Source: a virus. Taken from it: a stretch of 64,000 nt of DNA. Shown here one piece after another: positions 37,050-46,725 of this stretch (position 1 is the first letter of the stretch; each line of letters opens with the position of its first letter). A program made the position numbers and the translations under genes. Under the pieces are notes generated by a model. It was not told the DNA's origin, did no database searches, and saw nothing but the letters and a program-made list of their open reading frames with translations. The stretch is taken from IMG/VR virus record IMGVR_UViG_3300022777_000128, one strand, 5' to 3'.

Positions 37050-37361
37050 ATGGGTTGGGAGTCGGACCTCGACATTCTCCACGACTACTACGGGGACTTT
37101 GGCACGGTAGCCAATAAGATCCAGGTCTCGGTAAGTGCGGATTGGATTCAAAAGGCCGCCCGGGAAGACGACATCGTGCCGAGCAAAAAAATCCGCGAAG
37201 CTATCACTGCACATGCAAATGGCACCGACGGCACTCGACCATTAGAAGTGACCAGCACTGGGGGCGAGTCCGAAAGCGAGCCCGAAAAAGAGACCCTATC
37301 GAAGCAGCACGACACGCGGCTGGCCGAGGACATCGACGAGACGCCCCGAGACAGCATGTAG
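37050..37361 (+). CDS. HTH-like protein, paralog of 2014-2646
   Basis: LHDYYGDFGTVAN..PSKKIREAITAHA vs LKDHYGGFHEVAN..PSEKVRRAIMDHA. Confidence 0.6.
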   Translation: MGWESDLDILHDYYGDFGTVANKIQVSVSADWIQKAAREDDIVPSKKIREAITAHANGTDGTRPLEVTSTGGESESEPEKETLSKQHDTRLAEDIDETPRDSM

Positions 37362-37385
37362 CTTCCCACCCGGGTTCCGGACCAG

Positions 37386-38360
37386 ATGAGCGCGAGGGCC
37401 ATTATAGACCCGACTGCACACTCAACAGCGACCTCTCACGCAGACCCTTCCGGAGATATGTCCAGTCCTACCCGCCGCCTCTCTCGCTCGGAGCGAAAAG
37501 ACGGACTTGGCCAGTCCTTCCTCAACGGAGATAGCGGGCCGCCCCACGAACCTGTCCTCGCGCAGGTCTGGAAGCACGCGAATTTCCAGGGCAATACGCT
37601 CAAGATGAGCGCCCCGGAGACTGGAAAGGCCACGTTCAACTACGACGACTTGAGCGGGAAGGGTCTCCACGACGAGATTTCTTCGATCCGCGTCCAGCCC
37701 GGCGTAAAGGTTTCCCTCTTCAAGCACGTCGAGGGCGGAGAGCCACAGCCTGCCAAGTGGGACGTGATTGCCGAGGGCGGCATCAAGGAAATCGCCAACT
37801 TTAAAAACAGCCGGATCCCGAACGATGAGATTTCGGCGATCACTGTCGAGCGCCTATCCCCAACCGCGGGCGGCGGCAACGGGGACGGCTCAAATGGAGG
37901 TGGGGGCAACGGATCTGGCGGAAACGGGTCCGGCGGCAACGGGTCCGGCGGCTCGGGCAACGGCACGAGCGCCCCGCAGTCCCCTTCCCAGGGGCTCGTG
38001 GTAACGGGCCTAAACCAGCAAGGCATCCTCGTCCGCACCCCGGGAGCCTTCGCGGTCGGTACGGCCTTCCCGAGCGGGTCGAATGTCGCGCTCGCCACGC
38101 CCCAAGGCGGCGTCGCGCAGTTTACAGTCCAATCGGTCCAGCCCGCCGGGAGCGGGAAGACGCTTATCGCCACGCAACCCCCACCGGGACAAGCGGCCAA
38201 CAGCGCCATCCAATCCAACGCCGCCGTGCGGCTTTTCCCGAACCAGCAAGGTGGCGGCGGGGGTGGAGGCCAGATCATCCGGGGCGTGCCGAACACGGCC
38301 CTGGCCGTTGGGGGCGTCGCTGTGGTCGGATCGATGCTCTTCGTGGTCGCCAGTCAGTAA
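37386..38360 (+). CDS. Membrane-anchored protein with beta/gamma-crystallin domain
   Basis: WKHANFQG..HDEISSIRV and FKH..NDEISAITV Greek-key motifs, GGNGS linker, C-terminal TM. Confidence 0.75.
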   Translation: MSARAIIDPTAHSTATSHADPSGDMSSPTRRLSRSERKDGLGQSFLNGDSGPPHEPVLAQVWKHANFQGNTLKMSAPETGKATFNYDDLSGKGLHDEISSIRVQPGVKVSLFKHVEGGEPQPAKWDVIAEGGIKEIANFKNSRIPNDEISAITVERLSPTAGGGNGDGSNGGGGNGSGGNGSGGNGSGGSGNGTSAPQSPSQGLVVTGLNQQGILVRTPGAFAVGTAFPSGSNVALATPQGGVAQFTVQSVQPAGSGKTLIATQPPPGQAANSAIQSNAAVRLFPNQQGGGGGGGQIIRGVPNTALAVGGVAVVGSMLFVVASQ

Positions 38361-38381
38361 AGACAACCTGTACCTCCTCCC

Positions 38382-39089
38382 GTGCGCCGGTTTGTCCAGT
38401 TCTCGTTCCAGACCAAGCAGCGGAAGGATACCTACAGTGGTGTCCGTGAGGCGACCCGCCTGCGGAGCCTGCCGGGGATCCACCCGGTGTCGAACCTTTG
38501 GAGTGAGGCGGTCCGAGAGTACGTGAAGGGTGCAGGGCAACAGGCCGGGAGCGACTCCCGGTTCTTCAATAACATCACGAAGGATCAATTCGGCAACATC
38601 GTCAACAAGGGAACGACCGACGAGTGGGTAATCGTCCCGGAACTATCGCAGGCCGACCTCACGCCTATTGCCGAAGCGGTCCGGGAGAAAATGCCATTCC
38701 TCCTGGCCGAAAACGACGTGGAGATTAGTGAGCCGATTCCCGAGCTTGGAATCCAAGACACGAAGACCCTTGCCGACTGGATGGTTGACTTCTTCCAGTC
38801 CGGGATTGAAGTGGTCTCCGAGCGGAAGCCTGCGGTGAAAGATCCGAAGCAAATAAGCCCAGAGGTGGCCCCGAACGGAGAGCCTTGGAGAGCCCTTATC
38901 GCCGAGGTCCAGATGTGGGGACAAAGCCCGAGGGGTCTTACCAGCGGCGGGCAAAACGGAGGTGGGTTTGGCCCCCTTCCTGGAGGGCGTGACGTGGGCG
39001 CACGAGCAGCAGGAATCGGCAACAGCACCTTCATCATCGGCAGCGCGGCGCTTGCCGCGTCCATTATCATCATCGGCGCGTCCACCTAA
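38382..39089 (+). CDS. Membrane-anchored putative virion protein
   Basis: C-terminal AGIGNSTFIIGSAALAASIIIIGAST resembles the cassette anchors. Confidence 0.7.
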   Translation: MRRFVQFSFQTKQRKDTYSGVREATRLRSLPGIHPVSNLWSEAVREYVKGAGQQAGSDSRFFNNITKDQFGNIVNKGTTDEWVIVPELSQADLTPIAEAVREKMPFLLAENDVEISEPIPELGIQDTKTLADWMVDFFQSGIEVVSERKPAVKDPKQISPEVAPNGEPWRALIAEVQMWGQSPRGLTSGGQNGGGFGPLPGGRDVGARAAGIGNSTFIIGSAALAASIIIIGAST

Positions 39090-39104
39090 CGACCCCCTTG
39101 AGCC

Positions 39105-39314
39105 ATGCTCGCACCGATCTTCAAGGGCCTCCGCGGCCTTTTCGTCATTATCGCCTGGGGCGGGATTCTCATCGCCATCAACGAATACAACCCCGAGATC
39201 CTGTCGGGGTGGAAGGTGAGCTTCCCGCTCTACGGCATGTTCTTGGTCCTGGCGCTCACGTGGGTGTACTACGGGACCGGCCAGCACCTCAAACCAGACG
39301 CTTCCGAAGGCTGA
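39105..39314 (+). CDS. Small two-TM protein
   Basis: Two hydrophobic segments. Confidence 0.55.
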   Translation: MLAPIFKGLRGLFVIIAWGGILIAINEYNPEILSGWKVSFPLYGMFLVLALTWVYYGTGQHLKPDASEG

Positions 39315-39342
39315 CCTACTCCGGGGAGTACATATCGCTGGT

Positions 39343-40305
39343 TTAATCGTAGAGCGGCTTCCCCACCGAGAGGGAGTCGACCTCGAAGAACGCCCCATCC
39401 TCGAAGCCTACTTCCCGGCAGATCGGCACGTCGACTTCTGCGCAGGGCCTAAATACGGGCCAGACCGAATACGCGAGCGAGTCGCTCTGGTCGTAGATTT
39501 CGAAGGAAAAGTCCTCACCCGACCAAAGCCCGGCGCCGCCGTCGGGAAAGTCCGTCGTGTCGAGCTTCGCCGCCGCCGCAAGCGTAAACCCGCTCTCCTG
39601 GACGACGCCTTGGCCTGCACAGTCCCCGCGAGGAGTGACAACTGCTACCGTGTCGCCGGGCGCCGTTGACTGGCCGTTCGGAAGCATGAGGCTGTCTGGA
39701 CTGTGGACCGTCGCGTTGTCTACGTTCGTCTCACACTCCTGTGCGTAGACAAAGGACGGGGCCGTGCCGCCCCCTCCACCGCCGCCATCATCCCCGTCGC
39801 CAGTGGTGTCGTCTTCCGGCGGGGGTGGGGGCTCGGGGATCGGAAGTCCGTCGAGCAAGAGACCGAGATTGCGGAGGCAGTCCACTTGCGAGCGAAGCGT
39901 GGCGTAGGCGGTCGAGTCCTCCATCACCTCCGTCGGTAGCTCCCGGATGTCGCCCATCACGTCGTCGACGTTCATCGGCTCGGAGAGGGCCGGACACTTG
40001 GCCTCGTCAACCTTTTCGACGGTCTCGTACCAGAACCCGGTCGTGTCGACCGGCGCGACCCGGCGCACCACGTCTTTGCTCGCGCAGGCAATTCCGTCCC
40101 CGTCTGCGTCGAGGCCAAAGGGGTCGGCAGTCGAGTCCTGGACGAGCACTTGCATCGCAACATAGGTGCCCTGGGCTTCCAGGATTGAGCCGAAGTCCGA
40201 GCAGTTCTTATCGGCGATGGTCGTGTCGATATTCACGGTAATCTGCCCGTGGGCGGCCAGCGGGGCCACCAGCAAAACCGCGATGGTAGCGAGAAGACGT
40301 TTCAT
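39343..40305 (-). CDS. Exported protein with Excalibur Ca-binding domain
   Basis: Signal peptide, NCSDF..AQ..DPFGLDADGDGIAC, Pro/Gly linker. Confidence 0.75.
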   Translation of the reverse strand: MKRLLATIAVLLVAPLAAHGQITVNIDTTIADKNCSDFGSILEAQGTYVAMQVLVQDSTADPFGLDADGDGIACASKDVVRRVAPVDTTGFWYETVEKVDEAKCPALSEPMNVDDVMGDIRELPTEVMEDSTAYATLRSQVDCLRNLGLLLDGLPIPEPPPPPEDDTTGDGDDGGGGGGGTAPSFVYAQECETNVDNATVHSPDSLMLPNGQSTAPGDTVAVVTPRGDCAGQGVVQESGFTLAAAAKLDTTDFPDGGAGLWSGEDFSFEIYDQSDSLAYSVWPVFRPCAEVDVPICREVGFEDGAFFEVDSLSVGKPLYD

Positions 40306-40359
40306 GGCATTGAGGGAAGGCAGCTAAGAGTTGCGACGGAGGAAAACCCTCCGTAAAAC

Positions 40360-40390
40360 AAAAAAAACCCGAGACCAATATGGCCTCGGG
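40360..40390 (-). terminator. Intrinsic terminator downstream of the primase core
   Basis: CCCGAG/CTCGGG stem followed by a T-run on the - strand. Confidence 0.55.
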
Positions 40391-40467
40391 ACGGCGCGTT
40401 CGCCCGGTGCGCCGCGGCCCGGCTGGCTTCTGGTTAGCCAGGGACCGCGTGTACCGCCCGCGCCGTC

Positions 40468-41457
40468 CTACGTTGCAAGCCCGAGAGAGTCGGTTTGTGA
40501 TCCCCCCGTAAAAAGCTCTCGGTCACCAACCTCCAGGTGCCGTGCTGCGTCGAGCAAAACCATCTGCCGGAGAGCCTCGGTCGTGGCCTTGCTCGCAGCG
40601 TTTATTACCTCCACCGGAGCCGAGGGGTCCGGCTCGTAATGTCCCTCCTGCTCGGCCTTGAGCAGAAACTCTCCGAAGCCCATGTACTCTTTTTCAAGCC
40701 ACCACCGAACGCCATCCAACCCCCGGTTCCTCATGAACTCATGTGGATCAAGTCCATCGGGCAGAATACAGGCGTCCGGGATTAGCCCTGCGGCCAGAGC
40801 ACGCTTCATTCCTCGAATCGTCGAGACGATGCCTGCCTCATCCGGGTCGTAGGCAAAAACTACGCGAGTAGCCGTTTCCGAGAGCCGTTCAAGCTGGGAG
40901 CGCGTCAGCGCTGTGCCAGAGGACGCGACCACATTGATGAGTCCTTCGGTCTGGAGGGTAATCACGTCGGTGTAGCCCTCCGTCACCAGTACCGTGCCTG
41001 TGGCTTCAATGCCGCGCGCCGCGCGCCACATCCCGTACAAATACCGGTCTTTATCGTAGCGCTCGGTTGTCGGGGAATTGATGTACTTCGGGGCCTCATC
41101 GTCTTCGCCCAGGAGCCGACCGGCAAACCCCAAGGGCTTGCCCGCCTCGTCATAGAGAGGGAAGATGAGTCGGCTTCGAAACCGGTCGTAGTGCCCGGAG
41201 GTCCGCCGGGCCTTTACCAGTCCGGCTTCTACAAGTGTCTCCGGGGAGAACCCCTGCCCCTTGGCGGCGGAGAGAAGCGCGTCCCATGAGTCCGGCGCCC
41301 ACCCGAGACCATATTTTTCGGCCACTTCGCGCCCATATCCTCGCTGACCGAGATACTGGAATGCCTTTTGGCCCACCTTTCGCTCCAGGAGGTAGTCCTG
41401 GAAGAAGTGCTCGGCGAAAGAAAGCGCGCCGTCGATGGTGTCGGTCGTGTCTGGCAC
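40468..41457 (-). CDS. dnaG: DnaG-type primase catalytic core lacking the zinc-binding domain
   Basis: YL..RG, DRFRSRLIFP, GFAGR, KYINSP, LVTEGYTDV, AYDPDEAG and DPHE. No CHC2 motif. Likely GTG start at 41457. Confidence 0.88.
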   Translation of the reverse strand: MPDTTDTIDGALSFAEHFFQDYLLERKVGQKAFQYLGQRGYGREVAEKYGLGWAPDSWDALLSAAKGQGFSPETLVEAGLVKARRTSGHYDRFRSRLIFPLYDEAGKPLGFAGRLLGEDDEAPKYINSPTTERYDKDRYLYGMWRAARGIEATGTVLVTEGYTDVITLQTEGLINVVASSGTALTRSQLERLSETATRVVFAYDPDEAGIVSTIRGMKRALAAGLIPDACILPDGLDPHEFMRNRGLDGVRWWLEKEYMGFGEFLLKAEQEGHYEPDPSAPVEVINAASKATTEALRQMVLLDAARHLEVGDRELFTGGSQTDSLGLAT

Positions 41458-41461
41458 GTCA

Positions 41462-42145
41462 CTACTGGTTGGTTGCTGGAGCCTCGAACTCCCCGGCGTA
41501 TCGCTTCTCAAAAAGCTCCTCCATGCCCCGGGCGGTGGAAAAGCCAATGCCATTCGCCCCGCGGTGATGGCCGCTCTCAATAGCGCTCGCGACGGCTTTT
41601 ACCGTCGGGCAGTGAGATTGAACCACCCACCTCGACGCAGGGACCCCGCGAGAGACCTTCCCAGAGCGCATCGCGTATGCGGCCACCGAGGACGGGTCCT
41701 GTGGGTCGAAGCTCCCGACGACCGGGACCTCCAGCGGCGGATCTTGGATGGGAGCCTCCTGTCCGCAGATTGGGCAGGCCCGCACCAGTACCAGATCCTC
41801 GCAGATGTCGAGCCAAAACCGACCGTCCCCGGCCTCGACACAGGTGAAGTGCGAGATCGACTGCTTGCCGAAGATTACAGGCACCTCCCGCTCCTCTTGC
41901 CTTTCCCACTTGCAGTAATGCCGGTCGCCTATCGAGCCGTGGGTTACCGTTTGCGGCGCCTCCTCCCCTGCGTCGTTTACGGAGAGGTCGCTGTGGGCCG
42001 GGCACAAAAGCGCGGTACCTTCCGTCGAGGCTTTTCCAGTCCAGGGCGTCTCGCCGAGGAGAAACTGCGCAGCGTCGTGCTGGGACTCTGCCGGTACGAT
42101 AATGGTCTCCAGGCATTTGGAGCACGTAAAGACAAACCGGTCCAT
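41462..42145 (-). CDS. Multi-zinc-ribbon hypothetical protein
   Basis: CSKC, CPAH and CPICG motifs. Confidence 0.55.
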   Translation of the reverse strand: MDRFVFTCSKCLETIIVPAESQHDAAQFLLGETPWTGKASTEGTALLCPAHSDLSVNDAGEEAPQTVTHGSIGDRHYCKWERQEEREVPVIFGKQSISHFTCVEAGDGRFWLDICEDLVLVRACPICGQEAPIQDPPLEVPVVGSFDPQDPSSVAAYAMRSGKVSRGVPASRWVVQSHCPTVKAVASAIESGHHRGANGIGFSTARGMEELFEKRYAGEFEAPATNQ

Positions 42146-42170
42146 AAGCTCAAGGGCTCTATGCGAAAGG

Positions 42171-42398
42171 CTACTGGTCCCAGGCCACCTCGCAAAAGTC
42201 CAGTTTTCGAATCACAGGGATGCGCCTGCGCTCGACGTAGGTGTTATCCATCTCAAGCCACCCTTTGACCGTTTCCGGCACGTCCGGGGCCGTCGCCGAA
42301 ATCATCCCGACAACACCGCTGCACTTACGGCAGTGACAGACGTAGCCGAAATCTTCCTTCAAAGGGGCGTGGTTCTCGGCATGAGAATCGTTAGGCAT
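42171..42398 (-). CDS. Small Cys-containing protein
   Basis: Tiles the operon. Confidence 0.5.
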   Translation of the reverse strand: MPNDSHAENHAPLKEDFGYVCHCRKCSGVVGMISATAPDVPETVKGWLEMDNTYVERRRIPVIRKLDFCEVAWDQ

Positions 42399-42741
42399 CG
42401 GGCGCTCCGTTTTCTATGCCAGAGGGACGAATGGAGTATTCGAGGTGAGTCAGAAGAAGTCCGCCGGGAATATCCCCGTCGCGGATCCGCTCCATATCTT
42501 CTTCCGGGATTGGCCACTGGACCGGGCCGTACCCAAGGTCCTGGAGGATTTCGGAGGCGGTGTCTCGAAGGTCCTGCATTGACTGGGGAGAATCGGTGAT
42601 CCGCCGGTTCATCTCTCGGATCTCTTCATCGGTGATCTCGCCGACGGCACCCTCTGGAATTTTCCCATAGGAGCACAGCCCATCTTCGTTGAGGAGGACC
42701 GCGGAATTTGGATCGTCGGTTGTCGTTTGATGGACGTTCAT
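42391..42741 (-). CDS. Hypothetical protein
   Basis: Tiles the operon. Confidence 0.55.
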   Translation of the reverse strand: MNVHQTTTDDPNSAVLLNEDGLCSYGKIPEGAVGEITDEEIREMNRRITDSPQSMQDLRDTASEILQDLGYGPVQWPIPEEDMERIRDGDIPGGLLLTHLEYSIRPSGIENGAPDA

Positions 42742-42764
42742 AGGTGAAATACAGCCGTGTGCTA

Positions 42765-43217
42765 CTATGGTGACTTGATCTGTGGGCGCTCTTCGAGCGT
42801 TACGAGCGCGATCCCGACGTTGCCGCCGGACCCAACGGTGCAGACTGGGATCTCCTCGCCCATCTCATAGCTCATGAGGATCTTGCGGAGCCGCTTGTAG
42901 AGCTTCGCCGAGTGGGGCTTGATTCGTTCCTTCACGTCGGAGCGACCGGTCCATACGGCCCACACAATTTCCCCATCGTCGTTTCGTCCGACGTGAAGCA
43001 TCTCCGGAGTGCCGCTTTTGTTGAACCGATCCCGGCGCACCTGGAAGGCCGGGGACTCCTTCCAGTCGTCCCGAAGAGCATCGGCGGCGTAGGAGAGAAG
43101 ACGCATCGCGTCGGACTCGAACTCGTGGGAAGCGCTCTCCGGCTCCTCGGTGGTGTTCGGTTCCGGGCTGGAATTGGCGGGAATCTGGTCGGGCTCCGGC
43201 GGGTCGGTATCGCTCAT
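42765..43217 (-). CDS. Hypothetical protein
   Basis: ATG 43217, acidic. Confidence 0.55.
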   Translation of the reverse strand: MSDTDPPEPDQIPANSSPEPNTTEEPESASHEFESDAMRLLSYAADALRDDWKESPAFQVRRDRFNKSGTPEMLHVGRNDDGEIVWAVWTGRSDVKERIKPHSAKLYKRLRKILMSYEMGEEIPVCTVGSGGNVGIALVTLEERPQIKSP

Positions 43218-43367
43218 CTGGGGGACTAAGCTGTTCGGCTCTATCGGACGTAGTTGTAAGTGCTTTAAGAGCCGGATGTTTCCTCTTCTCGAACCATCGC
43301 CGGGCTTCCCCATTAGCGTAGACGAACCGATACCTCACGCGCCCACGCAAACCTGCCTCGCAGCCCC

Positions 43368-44144
43368 ATGCGCCGATCTACGCACCTGCTCCAGAAGAAC
43401 GCTCACAAACTCCAACCCACCGATGTCCCCGACGGCATGAGCCAGACCTTCGGAGGTGGTAGCTTCAACTTTGGCGGTGGCCCCGGGGGCGGCTTCAACT
43501 TTGGATCTGGAGGATTCAACTTCGGTTCCGGAGGTGGTTTCGATTTCGGCACCGGCGGCGGAGGGTTTGAATTTGGCACTGGTGGCGGCGGATTCAATTT
43601 CGGACAGGGAGGTGGGTTCAACTTCGGTGGGGGAGGCGGATTCAACTTCCAGCAACAACAGCAGCAGTTCGGCTTCAACCCCGGCGGGTTGTTTGACCAA
43701 TCCGGCCAGTTCTCGTTCAACCCGAGCTTCCAGGTCGAGTCTCTCAACCAGAGCGCCTTCGGTGCGCAGAGCCCCTTTGGCGCGGGGGCGCCCCTCGCCT
43801 CCAGCGATAGTCCCGACCAGGGCTCCGTGCCGGAGTTTGGGGACTGGAAAGAGTTTGTGGCTTTCCTTTTTCGGAACGGCCCTGCCTGGGTAAAAGCCTT
43901 CAAGGAGGGGCGCATCTCCCCGCGTGGTGGGGCGGCACAAAACGCCCCCTCCTCCAACCGGCGAGAGATTATCCAGCGCTACATGGCCCAGCGCTCCCAG
44001 CAGATGAACCAGGGCGGCGTCGGGGGCTTCCTTACCTCCTCGACCGGGATGCTCCTCATCGGCGGCGTGCTCATTGGCGGCATTGCGCTGGCCGCCGCTA
44101 CGAGCGGCCCCCAGCGGCGCGCAGTCCCTCGTCGTCGACGGTAA
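43368..44144 (+). CDS. FG/FNFG-repeat low-complexity membrane protein
   Basis: About ten G-F-x-F-G units, a poly-Q run, TM and a basic RRAVPRRRR tail. Confidence 0.7.
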   Translation: MRRSTHLLQKNAHKLQPTDVPDGMSQTFGGGSFNFGGGPGGGFNFGSGGFNFGSGGGFDFGTGGGGFEFGTGGGGFNFGQGGGFNFGGGGGFNFQQQQQQFGFNPGGLFDQSGQFSFNPSFQVESLNQSAFGAQSPFGAGAPLASSDSPDQGSVPEFGDWKEFVAFLFRNGPAWVKAFKEGRISPRGGAAQNAPSSNRREIIQRYMAQRSQQMNQGGVGGFLTSSTGMLLIGGVLIGGIALAAATSGPQRRAVPRRRR

Positions 44145-44174
44145 CAACCACTCAACTGACAGACCGGGACTCTC

Positions 44175-45254
44175 ATGAAGCCGACCGCACGCCTCGACCG
44201 CATCTCCTCGACAAAACCGCGCCCGACCGGGCTCGGGCAATCGACCTACGAGCTTTGGCACTACGTCGACATCGAAAAAGCGAGGCAGCGGGTTCTCAAT
44301 GAGACGCCCGTAACCCTCGCGATGGAGTATGTGTTTGCCGGGGCCAGCTTCGGGGATGCCATCGCCGAAAACGCGGCCAACGTCGTGAATCAAAACGGCG
44401 GCAACGCAAGCGTCGTCGAAAAGGGGTACGACCCGCAAAGCCCCGCCCTCGGGAAGTACAAGTTGTGTGTGGTCGAGTCCGAATCTCCGCGGCCCGACAT
44501 CGATGGGCTCATGCAACAGTTCATCGAGAAAGCCAAAAAGAAACCCTACTCCGGGGCTACGAAGGAAGAAGCTCTGGAAATTGTCTTCGAGGAACTGACC
44601 TCATCGAGGTCAAAACCGAACGTAGAGCTAAAGTCCCAGAACCAGTTCAACCCACTGCCCTCCTACTTCTACGGGACAACGCACCCAGTCGTCCACTGGA
44701 AGAAAGTCCGCGAGGGATCCGGCTCTGGAGACGGCAACGGCTCGAACGGAAACGGTTCAAACGGAGGCGGCTCGGGGCAAACCTATCGCGTGAAACGCCT
44801 GGAGGGGTCCCCGCCGAAGACAGTGGTGCTTGAGGCCGAAGGTGGGTTCAGTAGCATCCAGCCGATCATGGATGAGCTTCGAAGCGGCTCCCACAAAATG
44901 ACACTCGGATTCCAGGCGCAAGGGGGCGGAGGTGGGGCCGCGTTCTTCGATTTTACGGGAGCGAGTGGGCCAACCGGCGGAGAGGTATTCATCGACTTGG
45001 AGACGCCCGTTCCGAAGCTCCTCCAGAACGCAGCCCAACAGGGGTCGCTGGTGGCAAAAGTCGGAAGGTCCGAGGCTGCGATCCCGCCCTCTCAAGTCCC
45101 TACGCCGGGCGGTAACGGCGGAAGTGGAGGGCCAATTACTGTAGATGGTGGCCGAAGAAAGCAAGCGCAGATCATTTCCGGCGCATCGAACGCGACCGTC
45201 GTGATCGGGGCTGCCAGCCTCATGTCCGTGACGCTCATCGCGGCGGCCAGTTAG
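44175..45254 (+). CDS. Cassette protein 1: KPTARL leader, Gly linkers, C-terminal TM
   Basis: MKPTARL..PTGLGQS at the start, IISGASNATVVIGAASL..AAAS at the end. Confidence 0.8.
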   Translation: MKPTARLDRISSTKPRPTGLGQSTYELWHYVDIEKARQRVLNETPVTLAMEYVFAGASFGDAIAENAANVVNQNGGNASVVEKGYDPQSPALGKYKLCVVESESPRPDIDGLMQQFIEKAKKKPYSGATKEEALEIVFEELTSSRSKPNVELKSQNQFNPLPSYFYGTTHPVVHWKKVREGSGSGDGNGSNGNGSNGGGSGQTYRVKRLEGSPPKTVVLEAEGGFSSIQPIMDELRSGSHKMTLGFQAQGGGGGAAFFDFTGASGPTGGEVFIDLETPVPKLLQNAAQQGSLVAKVGRSEAAIPPSQVPTPGGNGGSGGPITVDGGRRKQAQIISGASNATVVIGAASLMSVTLIAAAS

Positions 45255-45306
45255 AGGTCTACCCGCTGCCTCCACCGTTACTACTGTAACACAGCCATTC
45301 TCTAAA

Positions 45307-46704
45307 ATGCCGAAACCTACCGCTCGTCTCGACCAGTTGTCGCAAACCCGAAACCGGTCAAGGCGTGGGCTGTCCTCGCTCCGGGGTACTGGGGAACTGT
45401 GGATGTACCTGGACCTCGACGCTGCATGGGACGCGATCAGTCAAAACGTCGACGATTACTGGAATGACGCGGACGCCCTCAACTCGGAGGTGGCCGAGTG
45501 GATAGCCGACACGCTAAACAACAGCGGCTTCAACGCAAGCGTCGAAGAGAGGAATGCGAACAACGATTTCAATTCTCTCTACGACATCGCCGTTTTGGAG
45601 GGGGACATCTCACAGGCGGAGGTTGACGCTCTTCTCTCCGACGTAAAGTCGTTCATGAGAGACAATGCCTCAAGCCTTGTTTTTAACCCGACAAGCAGCG
45701 ATTCCTCCAGCGTGGAAGGAGTCCGGAAGCTCATCGACAACATCAAGATCAAGGACTCTTTCCCGGACACCTCGGGCATTCGGTTGAGCCCGTTTCGGAC
45801 CCGAATGAGGGAGCACCCGTGCGTCCACTTCAAGAGTGTCACTGGTGGCGGGGGATCGAACGGCGACGGCTCCAATGGAGGGGACAATGGTTCGGGGAGC
45901 GGAACGACCGGTTCCTTCTCGGTCACGGGCGTACAGAACGGAAGGCTCATCGCCCCCCAAAGCACACAGGTGTCCTTCGAGTTCAAACAGCAGGGAGGGA
46001 CCATTCGGGTTACGGTCATTCCGAACAACATCGACCCGATAGACGACCCTATCGACGACCCGATAGACGACCCCGTAGACGATCCGGTGGACGACCCCGT
46101 AGACGGCCCCACCAGAGAACGTGACACCGGGATTCGGGGCCTCGCCCGTCGGGCGTCACAGAAGCCAACGATGCGGCTCCCTTCGGGCGGCTCTCGCCGC
46201 AAGGCTGGAGGACTCGGCCAAACAGATGTCCAGAGTTTCACCCTTACCGTACCGGCGGGTGGTGTGGTGACTCGGCCCGATGGGCTCGTGGAGGTTTCAA
46301 TCAACGAGACCATCCCCCAGGCAATAAAAGATGCCGTCGAATCCCAATCAATTGTGTCGGCGGTCGTCCAATCCGTCGGCTCTGGCGGTGGAAACGGCGA
46401 CGACGGCGGAAACGGAGGCAACGGGGGAAACGGAGGCAACGGGGGAAACGGAGGCAACGGCGGGAATGGGGGCAACGGCGGGAATGGGGGCAACGGCGGG
46501 AATGGGGGCAACGGCGGGAATGGGGGCAACGGCGGGAACGGAGGCAACGGCGGGAATGGGAACGGAGGTGGTGGCACCGTTGTCGGTGGCGGTCGCCAGC
46601 CGACCGGCGAGCAGGCCGGAATCGTCCCGGGCGTCTCCAACGCCACGCTCGTTCTGGGCGCGGCGGGCCTCGTCTCACTCACAGTAATTGCCGCGGCAAA
46701 CTAA
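45307..46704 (+). CDS. Cassette protein 2 with DP and GGN repeats
   Basis: MPKPTARL, internal KPTMRL..GLGQ, and IVPGVSNATLVLGAAGL..AAAN. Confidence 0.8.
   Translation: MPKPTARLDQLSQTRNRSRRGLSSLRGTGELWMYLDLDAAWDAISQNVDDYWNDADALNSEVAEWIADTLNNSGFNASVEERNANNDFNSLYDIAVLEGDISQAEVDALLSDVKSFMRDNASSLVFNPTSSDSSSVEGVRKLIDNIKIKDSFPDTSGIRLSPFRTRMREHPCVHFKSVTGGGGSNGDGSNGGDNGSGSGTTGSFSVTGVQNGRLIAPQSTQVSFEFKQQGGTIRVTVIPNNIDPIDDPIDDPIDDPVDDPVDDPVDGPTRERDTGIRGLARRASQKPTMRLPSGGSRRKAGGLGQTDVQSFTLTVPAGGVVTRPDGLVEVSINETIPQAIKDAVESQSIVSAVVQSVGSGGGNGDDGGNGGNGGNGGNGGNGGNGGNGGNGGNGGNGGNGGNGGNGGNGGNGGNGGNGNGGGGTVVGGGRQPTGEQAGIVPGVSNATLVLGAAGLVSLTVIAAAN
46030..46110 (+). repeat. 12-bp coding tandem repeat (DP[IV]D)n
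   Basis: IDPIDDPIDDPIDDPVDDPVDDPVD. Confidence 0.85.
46405..46572 (+). repeat. 9-bp coding tandem repeat (GGN)n
   Basis: Long GGNGGN run with synonymous variation. Confidence 0.9.
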
Positions 46705-46725
46705 CTGCGCATCTCCAGATCAATC

